Of a DNA stretch of 64,000 nt, positions 9,340 through 17,920 are shown in pieces. The first letter of the stretch is position 1. Each line of letters opens with the position of its first letter. Made by a program: the position numbers and the translations under genes. Source of the DNA: a virus; the IMG/VR virus record IMGVR_UViG_3300011261_000048, positions 29,470 to 93,469 of that record; one strand, given 5' to 3'. The notes under the pieces are model-generated. The model was not told where the DNA came from, did not search any database, and worked only from the letters and a program-made list of their open reading frames with translations.

Positions 9340-11682
9340 TTAGATATTGAAATTAAACTTATTAGTAGCTGTTTGAGAAGTTGTGAACTGGTCAAAGAAA
9401 GGGTCTGATGCTACATCATTAACTTTCTGTTTTTGGGCCCTTTCTATATACTTAACCTTCTCTTCTTTAAGTATCATTAACATTATTAACGCAGATACTC
9501 TATCAAAGTTACCTGTATTATTATAGTTTAGTAACTCTCTAAGTAAACCTACACTCTTTATTGTATGTAAATTAAGTATCTCTTCACTGTCTTTACCATA
9601 TGCAGGAGCAAGTAACCAATCTAGTATTAATCTTAATCCATAAGCATTAACAGGCTTACTTGCTGTAGTACCTTTTCTTTTGTTACCTATCTTACTTATG
9701 GTAATATCTGCAACATCTCTAAGAGATTCTGGAGTATCACATAACCAATGTGTGCTATTTTTCTGCTCATAGTAGGTGTATAATCCTTTCTTATTTTGCT
9801 CATAATTATGTTCTGCTTTATAATAGATAGTTAGTTTCCTTGTTATCTCATAGAATTCTTTAGCTCCTCTACGTCCTGTATACTCAGCTACTATTCTATC
9901 CGTCCAAGTATCCATTACCCAAGAAGACCCTAGGGATGTAGTTATGGATTCATCATCATCATATGTATCTGTTCCTACTATGTATCTACCTTTAACTATC
10001 TCGTTATTAGCATTACGCTTAGGCATCTCATAAATCTCTATTACCCCAGGTCTATTTTTATTATCCTTTATAGGCCAATCTTTCTCTACAGCATTACCAT
10101 CTATATGCGTTAACTTAAGTTCACCTTGAGCATCCCATTGTAAATCTACATAGTAGTTAGTATCAGTATACTTGTGAGGATTAGCTAATACATCAGCAAG
10201 ATGTGCTTTAATCATAGCCTGTGGGAACATACTTCCTTTGGCATTCAAGAACATCTCACTAGGAATAAGAGGGTAGTTCATCATCTCTGATGCTAGAGCA
10301 GAAGGGTCTTTAGACTTTCTTTTCTCATCTCTTCTTTCTTCATATGCTTCTATAGCCTCTTCTACTAGAGTATTCCCTTGCTTATCCTTGTAGTTACCAT
10401 CCATATAGTAGGCAGGGACAAACCACCCAGTAGGTGCAGTACCTTCCCACTCATCTTCAAAGGCTAAGAAGTTAAATCCAGTAGGATCTCTAAATATAAT
10501 CTCTGCTTCTTGAATCTTTTCTACGTTACCACCTGTACCAATGTAAACAGAAGAACCAAACTTAACAGTACCATCCTTCATCTGACATGCATCATTAGAA
10601 CCATGGACAGCTAATACATTACCTAATAGTCCAACTTCCTCTACCCCCATTACTGTGTAACGTCCACCAGCTGCTGCTTCAGGATTCTCAGTAGTGTAGA
10701 TAACATGTTTAAGTGAAGTACCTGACCCTTTAGTAACCCAGTCATGCCCTACTTTCTTATCATATTCTGCTTTATAAGGTTTCTTTACATTGTTAGGGCC
10801 CAAGCCTCCTGTAGTACGCTTACTAAAAGGAGAAGGTTTATACTGTTTAGTACCTACACCGTATTCTCCAGGTAAGTTATCTTTACCAATACTGAACTTC
10901 TCTAGAATCTCTGCAGACTTAGATGATATTGCAGCACCTAAACATATTTGAGCTCTAGGTGGATTCTTAATAGATTCTTCTGTATATCTTTTAAGCCCAT
11001 CAAATAAGAATTCATGTAGTAATACACCAATACCTACTAAATAGGATTTACCTCCACCCCTTGCACCAAGTAAGAATAAGTTTTTTGCCTCATTACCAAA
11101 TAGGGCTATACCTAAAGACTTAGGATGTAATTTACGTAAATAAGTTCTAGCAGGCTCATACTGTTTAAGTTCTCCGTCTTCCTTGTAACAGTTAGACCTC
11201 ATTCTTCTCTTAATCCTAGCAGCTTTTCTATGATTGTTCTTACTTACTGCTTTGATATACTCAGGTATCCTCCTATCACATGACACTTCATTATCATCTT
11301 CAAATCCAGAGAAACCTCTAGCCTCAATCCAGTTATAGAAGAATTCCCATTCAAAATCCCTTAAGTGAGGCCTCATCTTAATCTTAGGAGCAGTTTCATC
11401 TGCATCCTCAGTATCAGGATTGTGTTCTATAGTACCAAAGTTTACATAGAAGTATAAGTTAGATGGCATCCATCTCCAACCACCTTTTCTATCTAGTATC
11501 TTAGGATCAATTTCATTATTTATATCTACTGTAGCACTTTGGTCATCTATGGACCATAGTCCTTCAATACATCTTTTCTTATGAAGTTTCCAGTATTTTA
11601 CATACGCAATTGAGGCAGGATGTAGTTCAGGTACATCTGATATTAAAAAATTCTCTCTTTTATTTATCTTTATAAATGCCAT
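9340..11682 (-). CDS. terL: Terminase large subunit
   Basis: Walker A ARGGGKS, Walker B VMGVEEVG, coupling motif GTGG, nuclease GTD and GNFDRVSA. Confidence 0.93.
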   Translation of the reverse strand: MAFIKINKRENFLISDVPELHPASIAYVKYWKLHKKRCIEGLWSIDDQSATVDINNEIDPKILDRKGGWRWMPSNLYFYVNFGTIEHNPDTEDADETAPKIKMRPHLRDFEWEFFYNWIEARGFSGFEDDNEVSCDRRIPEYIKAVSKNNHRKAARIKRRMRSNCYKEDGELKQYEPARTYLRKLHPKSLGIALFGNEAKNLFLLGARGGGKSYLVGIGVLLHEFLFDGLKRYTEESIKNPPRAQICLGAAISSKSAEILEKFSIGKDNLPGEYGVGTKQYKPSPFSKRTTGGLGPNNVKKPYKAEYDKKVGHDWVTKGSGTSLKHVIYTTENPEAAAGGRYTVMGVEEVGLLGNVLAVHGSNDACQMKDGTVKFGSSVYIGTGGNVEKIQEAEIIFRDPTGFNFLAFEDEWEGTAPTGWFVPAYYMDGNYKDKQGNTLVEEAIEAYEERRDEKRKSKDPSALASEMMNYPLIPSEMFLNAKGSMFPQAMIKAHLADVLANPHKYTDTNYYVDLQWDAQGELKLTHIDGNAVEKDWPIKDNKNRPGVIEIYEMPKRNANNEIVKGRYIVGTDTYDDDESITTSLGSSWVMDTWTDRIVAEYTGRRGAKEFYEITRKLTIYYKAEHNYEQNKKGLYTYYEQKNSTHWLCDTPESLRDVADITISKIGNKRKGTTASKPVNAYGLRLILDWLLAPAYGKDSEEILNLHTIKSVGLLRELLNYNNTGNFDRVSALIMLMILKEEKVKYIERAQKQKVNDVASDPFFDQFTTSQTATNKFNFNI

Positions 11683-11683
11683 A

Positions 11684-12268
11684 TTATATTATACCCTCTT
11701 CTGATGCAGATTCTGTAGCACCGCCTCTTAAATGTCCTTCAGCAGACTCTTTAGATATCTTTTCTCTGATAAGATCAAAGTCACTATAGATTTTACTAGT
11801 GTTTAGTAATAGTTTATCTATCTGCTCAGCAGTTCCCTTTTGTACTCTACCTGTTTCTTCATTATACGTATCTAATGAGTACTTAGTTCCTTTAATAAAC
11901 CTTGCTCTATCTTTAACCTTATCTTCTAACTCTACTAACTCTCTCTTAGCTATAGATAAACATTTAGAATCGTATTCCTCTACTAGTTTTACTACACTGT
12001 CTTCAGTCCAGTCAAAAGCCTCATTATCTAGAAACTCTAGAGCTATAAGCCCTTTCTTATCCTCCCTGGATACATTCTTCCAAGGGTTATCCTCATGTGG
12101 GTCACAGTGTAGAGCTATAGCCCACATAAGTTTACTTGATTTAACCTTGTTCTTACTTTTATCAGCATCCTTAAGTTCCCTGAATAACTTTATACTAGTC
12201 ATTGCTGGGTTTAGTAACCAGTAATTCTCATCTACATTCCAATTCCTACTTATACTCTCCTGACTCAT
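11684..12268 (-). CDS. Hypothetical protein, terminase small subunit candidate by position
   Basis: 194 aa helical ORF abutting TerL; no diagnostic motif. Confidence 0.4.
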   Translation of the reverse strand: MSQESISRNWNVDENYWLLNPAMTSIKLFRELKDADKSKNKVKSSKLMWAIALHCDPHEDNPWKNVSREDKKGLIALEFLDNEAFDWTEDSVVKLVEEYDSKCLSIAKRELVELEDKVKDRARFIKGTKYSLDTYNEETGRVQKGTAEQIDKLLLNTSKIYSDFDLIREKISKESAEGHLRGGATESASEEGII

Positions 12269-12271
12269 AAT

Positions 12272-12559
12272 CTATTTATCTTCTATAATCTCTGATACGG
12301 GACTCATCTTACTAAGCATCTCTTCAGGTATATCCTTTTGGCCACCTTCAATAGATACTAGTTTTGTTTCTCTCTCTTTATTAATTTCTCTTAAGATTGC
12401 TATGTTCTGATTATCCATGAACTCCATTAGAGCTAACATAGTCATTCTTCCCTCAGCATTCTCACATAGGGCAATGACTCTTAAGCCATCTTTACTTACC
12501 CTTGTCATCATGTTATTAAGTACATTAGTTGCACTGTTTACTTCTCTCTCTTTACTCAT
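12272..12559 (-). CDS. Hypothetical protein
   Basis: 95 aa ORF overlapping the GroEL stop, in operon. Confidence 0.6.
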   Translation of the reverse strand: MSKEREVNSATNVLNNMMTRVSKDGLRVIALCENAEGRMTMLALMEFMDNQNIAILREINKERETKLVSIEGGQKDIPEEMLSKMSPVSEIIEDK

Positions 12560-14078
12560 TTACTTCCTTTTTAATTATTACACAGTTAGTAGTAAATAAC
12601 ATGTTTGCTGCACTAACAGCATTTGTTATAGTTGCCTTAATTACTAAAGCAGGATCTACTATTGTACTCTCTATTAACTCTGCTTTTAGTATAGCAGCTT
12701 CACCTTTAGTTAACTCTCCATTCTCACATAGTGTTACCCATAACTTTCTCATACTATCAAATACAATTGGGGCAGCTACGTTACCTTTAAACTTAGGCTC
12801 ACACTTATAGATTAGGTTCTCATAAGCCATACATCCACCTTTAACAACTCCTTGTTCTAGTGCACTCTGTACTGCTCTAATAGTATCATCTAGTCTATCT
12901 TTCTTCTCTTTAACTTCAGCCTCATTAGCTCCTCCTACGTAGATAATAGCTGCACCTGAAGTAAGTAGACCTAACCTCTTCTTGAAGTTCTTAGCTAATC
13001 CTTCCTTATCGTCCTCTATCTTATCTCTGTAGTATTGAACTCTTTCAGCAATAGCTTCAGGTACACCTTTCCTACCAATAATAGTAGTTTCCTTTAAAGT
13101 AATGTTAACTGCATCAGATAAACCTAATGCTCCTACAGTAATACTCTTAACGTCCCATCCTTTCTTCCTAGATATAAAAGCTGCTCCAGTAGCAATAGCT
13201 ATATCTTCTAGTGCCTCTGTTCTAGCATCAGCAATAAAAGGAGCTCTAATAATCTCTATTAAAGAACCATTAGTCTCGTTATTATAAGCAACTATACTAG
13301 CAGCTTGTTCAGTAATGTCCTCACATATAACAAGTAAAGGTCCACCACAACTTTCCTGTAACTTTACTATCTCTACAGCATCTGTTTGAGTAGTGATCTT
13401 CAAGTCAGTAACTAGTATCTTACACTCTAGGTGCTTAACACTAGTTCTACCTCCTACTAAAGCAGGAACAATGTGGCTTCTATCTAACTTAATACCTTCA
13501 GTAGCATCTAAACTAGTCTCGTAGTTTCTTGAATCAAATACAGACACAATACCTTCTACCCCTATTACTTTAAATGCATCACTTACTAATCCAGCAATAT
13601 AACTATCACCATTACAAGCTACCATAGCAACATCTAAAACATCGTCTATAGTAATGTGTTTAGTATTAAGTTCTAGCTCTTCTAGTAGTACCTTTACTAT
13701 CTCATCAATTGAGTTCTTTAATTGAGTAGTGTTTAAAGACTTATTACTATTAAGTACGTTAAATCCTTCCTCTACAATATACCTAGTAAGTATAGTAGTT
13801 GAAGTAGTACCATCTCCAGCAATCTCAGCAGTTTTTGCTGCAGCCTGTCTAATGATCTGGGCTGCAACATTTTCTACTGGGTCTACAAGGTTAATACTGT
13901 TAGCAACAGTTACACCATCTTTTGTAATATGAGCATCGTTAAAGATTTTAGACAACGCTACATTTCTTCCAAAAGGTCCAAAGGTTGTACTTACTGCATC
14001 AAAGATAGTTTGACTACCTTTTAATAATCTTTCTTGTACTTCCTTCCCTTTAATTACCTCACAAGTCTCTCTTACCAT
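12552..14078 (-). CDS. groEL: Chaperonin GroEL-like
   Basis: TFGPFGRNV, ITKDGVTVA, AGDGTTSTT, GGANEAEVKEKKDRLDD, GVVKGG motifs. Confidence 0.95.
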   Translation of the reverse strand: MVRETCEVIKGKEVQERLLKGSQTIFDAVSTTFGPFGRNVALSKIFNDAHITKDGVTVANSINLVDPVENVAAQIIRQAAAKTAEIAGDGTTSTTILTRYIVEEGFNVLNSNKSLNTTQLKNSIDEIVKVLLEELELNTKHITIDDVLDVAMVACNGDSYIAGLVSDAFKVIGVEGIVSVFDSRNYETSLDATEGIKLDRSHIVPALVGGRTSVKHLECKILVTDLKITTQTDAVEIVKLQESCGGPLLVICEDITEQAASIVAYNNETNGSLIEIIRAPFIADARTEALEDIAIATGAAFISRKKGWDVKSITVGALGLSDAVNITLKETTIIGRKGVPEAIAERVQYYRDKIEDDKEGLAKNFKKRLGLLTSGAAIIYVGGANEAEVKEKKDRLDDTIRAVQSALEQGVVKGGCMAYENLIYKCEPKFKGNVAAPIVFDSMRKLWVTLCENGELTKGEAAILKAELIESTIVDPALVIKATITNAVSAANMLFTTNCVIIKKEVNE

Positions 14079-14383
14079 TTTCCTACAAAATTACTTTCTC
14101 TAATCATAAGGTGCTCTCCCTTATTAATAATAATCCCTGAAGCAGACATTGCTACAGTAGTGATAGCTTTATCACCTACCTCTAATGTTACTACTCCTGG
14201 CCCTACAGCTAGTATTTCTACATCCTGCCATATATCAAACATGTTATGCTTCATATATTCTCCCTTCTCTGCAGGAGCTAACTTAGCTAAGTCTCCTTCC
14301 ATTGTTTTCTCCAGTCCGTATACTGGGTTAGCTATTAATACATAGTTAGCTAACGGTGTTGGTAAATTTTTCCCTAAATCCAT
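14072..14383 (-). CDS. groES: Co-chaperonin GroES-like
   Basis: PLANYVLI, ILAVGPG, LEVGD, GEHLMIRES motifs; overlaps the GroEL start. Confidence 0.85.
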   Translation of the reverse strand: MDLGKNLPTPLANYVLIANPVYGLEKTMEGDLAKLAPAEKGEYMKHNMFDIWQDVEILAVGPGVVTLEVGDKAITTVAMSASGIIINKGEHLMIRESNFVGKW

Positions 14384-14400
14384 TTCTCTTTATTTTAAAA

Positions 14401-14643
14401 TTATTTTTTATCCTCTGTGTACATCGCCTTTACTGCAAACATACATGCTTCTTCAAACTTTGTTTGTGCTAAAGCAATTAGCCTGTGTCTTTCCCTGTTA
14501 TCTAAATCAGGAAAAGCTGGTAGTTTTTGACCTTCAATGTAATCAATCATCTCTGCTACCTTCTGTTTCATAGTGTTAGCAGGTTCATAACTTGCTTTGT
14601 TAGGAACTCCTGTTCTCTTTTGTCCAAATGTAAATTCTCCCAT
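14401..14643 (-). CDS. Acb2/Tad1-like helical-hairpin protein (candidate cyclic-nucleotide sponge)
   Basis: 80 aa; C-terminal RLIALAQTKFEEACMFAVKA resembles the hairpin of Acb2/Tad1-type anti-defence proteins. Confidence 0.6.
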   Translation of the reverse strand: MGEFTFGQKRTGVPNKASYEPANTMKQKVAEMIDYIEGQKLPAFPDLDNRERHRLIALAQTKFEEACMFAVKAMYTEDKK

Positions 14644-14655
14644 CTCTTTTTGTTT

Positions 14656-14949
14656 TTAATTACTTTTTTTAAAAAATCCATCTCTCTTAATGGCTGCTCT
14701 CTTCTTGTTTACTTCTTTTAGGAGTGAAACTAACTCTTTCTTTACTAATAATACATCTCCAGTATATAAATGTACATTAGTTAAGTTCTTATTCCCATTC
14801 TCTACTAGTGTACCTACATATTCATCCATGTATTGTATATCTAAAGGATGGATAGCTACTTTACTGTATACAGTCTCTATTTTATCTGTTAACTCATCAG
14901 TCAGTACTTGGATTCTCTCCAGTACTAGTTCTTGTATTTCTACCATCAA
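14656..14949 (-). CDS. Hypothetical protein
   Basis: 97 aa ORF in operon. Confidence 0.6.
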   Translation of the reverse strand: MMVEIQELVLERIQVLTDELTDKIETVYSKVAIHPLDIQYMDEYVGTLVENGNKNLTNVHLYTGDVLLVKKELVSLLKEVNKKRAAIKRDGFFKKSN

Positions 14950-15160
14950 CTATCTTTTTAATTTTACTAGGTTTTGCTACTAACAGTCCTAAATGCCTGA
15001 ACCTTATATTTAAAAAGGTAGCAGGAGTATCAGCTTCTCCCTTCTTAGTGTTTTCCCTAGCACACTCAAACTGAGAATCAGTTATTGCCTTCACTACCTC
15101 CACTGATAAGTCAAACTCCTTAGCTACCTCTTTAATTATATTAGTTACTCTTTTTTGCAT
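14897..15160 (-). CDS. IHF/HU-like DNA-binding protein
   Basis: IIKEVAKEFDLS..VVKAI..SQF helices then NIRFRHLG; IHF-like genes are typical at this site in crAss-like phages. Confidence 0.7.
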   Translation of the reverse strand: MQKRVTNIIKEVAKEFDLSVEVVKAITDSQFECARENTKKGEADTPATFLNIRFRHLGLLVAKPSKIKKIVDGRNTRTSTGENPSTD

Positions 15161-15211
15161 TCTATTTTCATTGTATGAAATCCTGTTCTAGGACCTATAG
15201 TAATCTCTATC

Positions 15212-15412
15212 TTATGACTGTACTTTGGGTGTTCCTTCTCCCACTGTGCTAGTGTGATAATGTGTTTTAGATAATCTTCCAGAAGTAATGACACATTTTG
15301 ATAATGATTCATGTTTCTTAGTTTCGTTTTTAATATCTCTTTGTGCTTCTTTCTGGGCCCGCATAACATCTTCATTATCTAGTCCAGGTATTTCAAAATC
15401 AAGCTCCTCCAT
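15212..15412 (-). CDS. Hypothetical protein
   Basis: 66 aa ORF whose start overlaps the upstream gene end. Confidence 0.5.
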   Translation of the reverse strand: MEELDFEIPGLDNEDVMRAQKEAQRDIKNETKKHESLSKCVITSGRLSKTHYHTSTVGEGTPKVQS

Positions 15413-15776
15413 CTTTCTTAATATTAAATATGAAACTTAATGTAACCTTACTTTCAGGAGAAACTAAATAAACATCACTTATAGTGTTGTCATCTAATAG
15501 TAATCCTCTACTTCTAAGTCCTGTTAAAGCATTTCTAAATATTGCAGTAGAGATATTAAGCTTATCTTCTATTAATCTTCTGCAATCTGGGTCCATGATT
15601 AACTTAAACCTATCATTTTTATTTTTAATTTCTCTCTTCTTATGATTCCAGTATATAAGTTCAGCAAAAACATCTGCTTCTCTATCTCTAATCTTCTTAA
15701 GAAAAGGTTTTAACATCTCTACATAAGCTCTAAAGAACTCTCTCTCTGTAAGTGTTAATCCAAATTCCTTCTTCAT
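15399..15776 (-). CDS. Putative winged-HTH DNA-binding protein
   Basis: IEDKLNISTAIFRNALTGLRSRGLL is an HTH-like pattern; TACATTTG promoter element at 15792-15799. Confidence 0.6.
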   Translation of the reverse strand: MKKEFGLTLTEREFFRAYVEMLKPFLKKIRDREADVFAELIYWNHKKREIKNKNDRFKLIMDPDCRRLIEDKLNISTAIFRNALTGLRSRGLLLDDNTISDVYLVSPESKVTLSFIFNIKKDGGA

Positions 15777-15868
15777 CTCTCTTATTTTCTACAAATGTAA
15801 TAATAATTTCTGTTACTGCAAGTAATGTTGTGTTAAATAATTACTTTTTGGGCAAAATAAAACCCAAA

Positions 15869-16033
15869 TTAATGGGTTTCTTCATCTATTACCATAGAAT
15901 ATCTGTTTAGTTTACCATATCTGGCCCACCAAGTAACCTTAGAACTAAAACCTAACTGCAACCCAGCTAGGGTAAACCTATGTTTATACCAAGTACCTCC
16001 TCTCCATTTCCTATACCAGCTAAATCTCTTCAT
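15869..16033 (-). CDS. Small basic Trp-rich protein (54 aa)
   Basis: Below the ORF-track cutoff; MKRFSWYRKWRGGTWYKH...DEETH*, A-rich leader, followed by a hairpin and T-run. Confidence 0.6.
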   Translation of the reverse strand: MKRFSWYRKWRGGTWYKHRFTLAGLQLGFSSKVTWWARYGKLNRYSMVIDEETH

Positions 16034-16271
16034 ATCTTTTTAATTTAAATGCCTTATCTCCCCGTGCATTTTTGATTTCACCACCACAAACTGCAGAGCT
16101 GTGTCTTGCAGAACAGGAACCGTATACCTCATTTTCCATGATTTTTAACTAACATCTAAAGATGTACTACCTGATCCAAATACTGTCCATCTTTTTTAGG
16201 TAGTATAAGTAAACCCTGTTCTTATGGGAAGAGTGCTCTTATTACTAAGAGACTATAATTATTATAATTTA

Positions 16272-16706
16272 CTATCCTGTTATATTAGGATTATGTGTAA
16301 AATTCAAAATAGGTCTGTACTTCTTTATGTATTTAGCTTCTTTCTTCTTTCTTTCTGTAGCATTACCTTCAAACTTCTCATATTTAAAAGAAGTAAATTC
16401 TTTTTCAGTAGATTTAAAATGTTGAGATAATCTACTAAATATACATATGGATTCTCCTACATAAACAACTTCATTATCTCTAAATAAAAAATATATACCT
16501 GATATACCAAAAAAATCACTTACTGGAAAAGCACCGTTACTGAAATTACTATTTCTTTTTTCTCTAAGCTCCTTTTGTATTTCAATATTTGATTTACCTG
16601 CTTGCTTATTTCGTAACTTAGTAGCTTCTTCATCTAGAAGTAACTCATACTTCCTCATTTCCTCTCTACCTTTACCTTTAAATCCCATGATGCAAATATA
16701 AGCCAA
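16272..16706 (-). CDS. GIY-YIG family endonuclease (true start may be downstream of 16706)
   Basis: SGIYFL...VYVGES...RLSQH...KEAKYI...LN; lies next to the tRNA genes. Confidence 0.85.
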   Translation of the reverse strand: MAYICIMGFKGKGREEMRKYELLLDEEATKLRNKQAGKSNIEIQKELREKRNSNFSNGAFPVSDFFGISGIYFLFRDNEVVYVGESICIFSRLSQHFKSTEKEFTSFKYEKFEGNATERKKKEAKYIKKYRPILNFTHNPNITG

Positions 16707-16747
16707 ATAAATTATATATGCAAATATAAGCTATATAGCTTATAAAG

Positions 16748-16818
16748 TTTTGGGGAGAAGACTTGAACTCCTATTACCTGGACCAAAACCAGGTGTCCTG
16801 CCATTAGACGACCCCAAA
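16748..16818 (-). tRNA. tRNA-Gln(TTG)
   Basis: TTTGGGG/CCCCAAA acceptor, CCTGG-TTTTGGT-CCAGG anticodon arm, TTCAAGT T-loop. Confidence 0.9.
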
Positions 16819-16823
16819 ATATG

Positions 16824-16895
16824 TGGAGATAACAAGATTTGAACTTGTGTCCCTAGTTCTTCAGACTAGTGCTAGGCCAACTCAGCTATATCTCC
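16824..16895 (-). tRNA. tRNA-Phe(GAA)
   Basis: GGAGATA/TATCTCC acceptor, CTAGT-CTGAAGA-ACTAG anticodon arm, TTCAAAT T-loop. Confidence 0.9.
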
Positions 16896-16900
16896 ATATG

Positions 16901-16971
16901 TCTATAAGTCAAGATTCGAACTTGAGTACTCCTACGTCCAAGGTAGGCATGAAACCTGGCTTCGCTTATAG
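16901..16971 (-). tRNA. tRNA-Pro(TGG) with atypical short D-arm
   Basis: CTATAAG/CTTATAG acceptor, CCTAC-CTTGGAC-GTAGG anticodon arm, TTCGAAT T-loop. Confidence 0.8.
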
Positions 16972-16975
16972 ATAT

Positions 16976-17008
16976 AAAAAAAGCCCCTTTAAATTAATAA
17001 AGGAGCTT
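16976..17008 (-). terminator. Intrinsic terminator/attenuator immediately upstream of the tRNA genes
   Basis: Minus strand AAGCTCCTTTA-TTAATT-TAAAGGGGCTT-TTTTT. Confidence 0.85.
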
Positions 17009-17043
17009 AAAATCACGTAACAAAATGTTAAAACATCAACTTA

Positions 17044-17118
17044 TTAGGTAACAGTAAATCCTTTCCAGTAGTGAAACTGAAAAGGTAGAGGCATTGTATT
17101 TACTGTTAATGAGTTCAT
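17044..17118 (-). CDS. Putative 24-aa leader peptide of the tRNA operon
   Basis: MNSLTVNTMPLPFQFHYWKGFTVT*; lies between a promoter and a terminator; coding region is self-complementary. Confidence 0.7.
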   Translation of the reverse strand: MNSLTVNTMPLPFQFHYWKGFTVT

Positions 17119-17579
17119 TATTTTTTCTTTGTGATGCAAATATACATAATTAATATGTACCACCAAACTTTTTTGAAGAAATCTTTAAATTTATTTACTC
17201 TTCTGCCCTTATCTAATAGTAACCACTTATAAAAAGTATGAAAAGAGAAGTTCCTAACTACTAAAACTAGTATTGCTATATACCAAGTTGTTACTAATCC
17301 TATAGCTACGGCCCATAAAGTTATCTTAAGTCTCTTAAATAAATGCCAAGCATCAGTAAAAGAAACAGGCTTAGTAATCTTAAGTACTAAAATAGACCAC
17401 TTAACTCTACCTGAAGCAGGATCCCTATCCACATATTTAGATAACCATGACACATCTGGGTTCCAGAAGTAGGGGTTTGATCTTTTAAATGTACTTACAG
17501 AGAAGTGATGACTCAAAGTATCCATTATAGCATCACATATTCCTGCTAATGCTATACATATTATTACTGCTACTATCAT
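17118..17579 (-). CDS. Membrane protein
   Basis: 153 aa, several hydrophobic segments. Confidence 0.65.
   Translation of the reverse strand: MIVAVIICIALAGICDAIMDTLSHHFSVSTFKRSNPYFWNPDVSWLSKYVDRDPASGRVKWSILVLKITKPVSFTDAWHLFKRLKITLWAVAIGLVTTWYIAILVLVVRNFSFHTFYKWLLLDKGRRVNKFKDFFKKVWWYILIMYICITKKK
17137..17167 (-). promoter_or_regulatory. Bacteroidota sigma-A promoter for the leader/tRNA operon
   Basis: TTTG (17167-17164), 19-nt spacer, TATATTTG (17144-17137). Confidence 0.8.
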
Positions 17580-17875
17580 TCTCCTAAAGATTTAAGTCTT
17601 TTCCAATGCTTAATTACCTGGTAAGCAATTAGAGATAGTATACTTGTACTACCTGCTAGTAATATCCACTTCCAATGCATTTCATGGTAGGCAAATAAGT
17701 CAGGTGCTACTCCTATAAACAGGGTAATACCAATAAACAGGATAAGTAAACCTCCATTCTCTAACTGTAGTAGATGGTCCTTAAAACTGTAGCCATCCCA
17801 TATACCTCCTTTAACAGGGGATAAAAATTCCTTTAATTGCTTTTTCATATTTTCTTTTAATGTTAATACTGACAA
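17576..17875 (-). CDS. Small membrane protein, 2 TM segments (start probably at the internal MKKQLK)
   Basis: Two hydrophobic segments; TACCTTTG element at 17873-17880 upstream. Confidence 0.6.
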   Translation of the reverse strand: MSVLTLKENMKKQLKEFLSPVKGGIWDGYSFKDHLLQLENGGLLILFIGITLFIGVAPDLFAYHEMHWKWILLAGSTSILSLIAYQVIKHWKRLKSLGE

Positions 17876-17920
17876 AGGTAATAAAACCTAGGGAGTGAGT
17901 ATAATTTTTGGGAAATTTTT

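Noticed and set aside
2149-14983. Plus-strand ORFs in the late module (2149, 2328, 3315, 3666, 4088, 5842, 6502, 7126, 8002, 11799, 12417, 12529, 13102, 13729, 14034, 14527, 14690)
   Set aside because: Antisense shadows of well-supported minus-strand genes, with Ser/Leu/Phe-rich composition
15145-15375. 76-aa minus-strand ORF
   Set aside because: Overlaps 15212-15412 in another frame; the latter has the coupled start. Not fully excluded
16823-17020. 65-aa plus-strand ORF
   Set aside because: Antisense to the tRNA genes
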